Assembly: GCF_000582535.1 (NCBI RefSeq)
Contig: NZ_CP006932.1
Coordinates: forward strand, 480,001-512,000
DNA: 32,000 nt
From: Candidatus Saccharimonadota bacterium
GTDB taxonomy: Bacteria > Bacillota_I > Bacilli_A > Mycoplasmatales > Hepatoplasmataceae
Reading direction: 5' to 3'
Shown: positions 30,983 through 32,000 of the stretch, in pieces
Position numbering within the stretch: the stretch's first letter is position 1
How the letters are laid out: every line of letters starts with the position of its first letter
Position numbers and translations under genes: made by a program
Notes under the pieces: model-generated
The model's database searches: none
Told to the model about the DNA's origin: nothing
The model's input: only the letters and a program-made list of their open reading frames with translations

Positions 30983-32000
30983 TTACTCCATAAATAATAA
31001 GATATGATAAATATCTTGACCACCATAAGATAACTCAAATTCTACATCTTTAAATTTTTTAAAAATTGTCTTTTGCATTTTTTTAATATCTAATTTTGAA
31101 ATTTCATCATTATAAAAAATTGTTACAACTTCAATTTTTTTATCAATATATTTATTAAATACCTTTTCTAGTATTGTTAATAGGTTCTCTTCTGCAAAAA
31201 CGATCTTCTTTTCTGTAATTGCAATAAAATTATCTTTCTTAATATCTAGATCATTTTGCTTTGTATCTTTAATTGATTTTGTAATAGAAACTTCTTTTAA
31301 TTTATTTATTTTTGCTTTTAATTCTACTTGATGTTTCTTAAAATCAACCATATTTTCTTTATTAATATTATATAAAGCAAAAATTCCTTCTTGAATTGTT
31401 TTTGTTGGTAAAATATAAATGTTTTTATCATCAATATTATTTTTTACAGCCTCTACAGTAAGAATAATATTTCCATTATTTGGTAAAAGTAAAATATTAC
31501 GATAATTTAAATTATTAATCTCACTAATAAAATCATTTACTGAAGGATTAAATGATTGTCCTCCACTTATTACAGTATCAACTCCAAGATCACTAAATTC
31601 TTTATCTAATCCAATTCCATCTGAAACAGCAATAATTGCTAATCGATCATTAATTAAATCATTTTTAGGATTTTTTGGTTGATATTTAGTTACTCCTGAA
31701 AGAGTAACAACATGACCGGCCTCTTCCGCTTGTAAAGCCATATTATCAGCTTTTATTTTTGTAAATTCTCCATATTTTTGAGCGATATTAAAAATTTCTC
31801 CTGGCTCTTTTACATGGACATGAACTTTTAATATATCTTCTTCTTGAATCATAACTAAAGAATCACCAATTTTTTTCAATAAAGTCTTAAATCTATTATG
31901 AGGAAATTTGCTTGGTTGTTTTAAAGTTAAAATAAATTCAGTACAATAACCAATATTTTTATTAGGATCTGCTTTTAAATTAGTTTTTTTACTTGTTTTT
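30983..32000 (-). CDS. fakA: DAK2/DhaL-domain fatty-acid kinase subunit (YloV/FakA), C-terminal ~339 codons; 5' end outside the window
   Basis: The frame is open from 32000 (...NIGYCTEFILTLK..., the GYCTEF motif) through track ORF 30983-31879, whose 'M' is an internal TTG. yloV-plsX synteny as in Bacillus. Confidence 0.8.
   Translation of the reverse strand, partial: KTSKKTNLKADPNKNIGYCTEFILTLKQPSKFPHNRFKTLLKKIGDSLVMIQEEDILKVHVHVKEPGEIFNIAQKYGEFTKIKADNMALQAEEAGHVVTLSGVTKYQPKNPKNDLINDRLAIIAVSDGIGLDKEFSDLGVDTVISGGQSFNPSVNDFISEINNLNYRNILLLPNNGNIILTVEAVKNNIDDKNIYILPTKTIQEGIFALYNINKENMVDFKKHQVELKAKINKLKEVSITKSIKDTKQNDLDIKKDNFIAITEKKIVFAEENLLTILEKVFNKYIDKKIEVVTIFYNDEISKLDIKKMQKTIFKKFKDVEFELSYGGQDIYHILLFME

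Noticed and set aside
1-32000. tRNA, rRNA, CRISPR arrays, IS elements, prophage or integrase genes
   Set aside because: Apart from 18001-18282, 21259-21455 and 11171-11301, all intergenic gaps are under 85 nt. There are no cloverleaf-capable GC-rich segments, no spaced direct repeats and no transposase or integrase motifs in any frame I read.

Overview
Very AT-rich, tightly packed chromosome segment that only reads as intact genes under genetic code 4 (UGA=Trp), so it is almost certainly from a Mollicute (Mycoplasma/Mesoplasma/Entomoplasma-like). The supplied ORF track is standard-code and so fragmented. After re-joining fragments across in-frame TGA codons by hand, I get 35 CDSs, 34 on the minus strand and one on the plus strand. 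Content is mostly housekeeping, in Firmicute-like synteny blocks: fakA(yloV)-plsX-rnc-smc-ftsY-ylxM; 5'-3' exonuclease-fpg; purine permease; coaE; dnaB(Firmicute type)-dnaI; deoC; yebC; nadD::yqeK fusion; pepP-efp; three tandem deoxynucleoside kinase paralogs; ldh; a 1020-aa SecDF-topology membrane protein-hisS ... aspS; a patatin-like phospholipase operon; yneF; parE. I found no rRNA, tRNA, CRISPR array, transposase or integrase. The most unusual signal is the longest non-coding gap (18001-18282, upstream of deoC). It holds a good extended -10 promoter, a 9-bp stem enclosing phased 7-nt UAG repeats, a strong strand-specific intrinsic terminator, then a second promoter overlapped by a perfect 9-N6-9 palindrome. 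This looks like an undescribed cis-regulatory leader or small RNA plus an operator for deoxynucleoside catabolism. All coordinates and translations were derived by eye, and no database search was possible.
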